A DNA stretch of 64,000 nucleotides from a virus (taxonomy: Duplodnaviria; Heunggongvirae; Uroviricota; Caudoviricetes), in the IMG/VR virus record IMGVR_UViG_3300002054_000021, positions 77,864 to 141,863 of that record, one strand, 5' to 3'. Both the position numbers and the translations under genes were made by a program. Each line of letters starts with the position of its first letter. Position 1 is the stretch's first letter. Below are positions 63,913 through 64,000 of this stretch, piece after piece. The notes below the pieces were generated by a model. The model worked only from the letters and a program-made list of their open reading frames with translations. It was not told the DNA's origin and ran no database searches.

Positions 63913-64000
63913 GCTGATAACCCCTAACGGTTTTTAGATTCAGGGGAAGTTACCGCTTCGCGCCTGATATTTTTTATATATGAATTTATTATAGCACGAA

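Noticed and set aside
1-64000. CRISPR arrays, integrase or attachment site, rRNA
   Set aside because: No spacer-repeat arrays were seen, and no integrase or recombinase motifs beyond the homing endonucleases. The repeated elements found are short oriented motifs, not CRISPR-like.

Overview
This window reads as a 64-kb stretch of an AT-rich (about 35% GC by eye) tailed-phage genome, probably a virulent myovirus. Almost every gene is on the + strand: only two GIY-YIG endonucleases, one 91-aa gene and one tRNA-like gene lie on the - strand. Head, portal, terminase, DNA polymerase and lysis genes are not recognisable, so the genome is larger than the window.

Main blocks, in order:
- 0-3.4 kb: Ig-like (He_PIG) domain protein, an HExxH lipoprotein, an atypical tRNA, and an HNH endonuclease next to the tRNA.
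- 4-17.6 kb: a Mu/P2-like contractile-tail and baseplate module. It contains G/GT tail chaperones with a -1 frameshift at T_TTT_TTC, a tape measure protein, V/W/J-like baseplate proteins, and a fibre protein with He_PIG repeats.
- 18.5-25.5 kb: a recombination module. It has a metallophosphoesterase, a Rad52-like annealing protein, a PD-(D/E)xK exonuclease, SSB, a small HNH, a RecA-fold ATPase, DUF3310 and a small Dam-like methyltransferase.
- 25.6-34 kb: mixed genes, including a Fis-type HTH regulator, a second metallophosphoesterase, an HNH endonuclease, an AAA+ ATPase and a lipoprotein.
- 34.4-48.5 kb: a dense region of small genes dominated by paralogues. One family has 16 members sharing an N-terminal [YF]xx[IL]Lxx[IVM]...D[LMV]W[IV] motif; two smaller families are also present.
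- 48.5-49.5 kb: a long structured leader followed by a phage-encoded IF3 (infC) homologue.
- 50-62 kb: an early-like region of small genes, each behind a conserved promoter/leader cassette. It includes a GHKL ATPase plus partner operon, two promoter/terminator-bounded non-coding transcripts, and a DUF1810 protein.
- 61.7-64 kb: tRNA-Arg(TCT), tRNA-Met(CAT), a -strand tRNA-like gene, and HNH and GIY-YIG homing endonucleases.

An oriented 12-17 nt motif, TTTTCGCATCTT(nAC), recurs at least 14 times, always on the + strand. It sits mostly just upstream of genes and is sometimes tandemly duplicated.

The most likely candidates for a previously undescribed system are the 16-member DLW-motif gene array, the TTTTCGCATCTT regulatory element, and the GHKL operon. 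All functional calls come from reading motifs by eye and are unverified.
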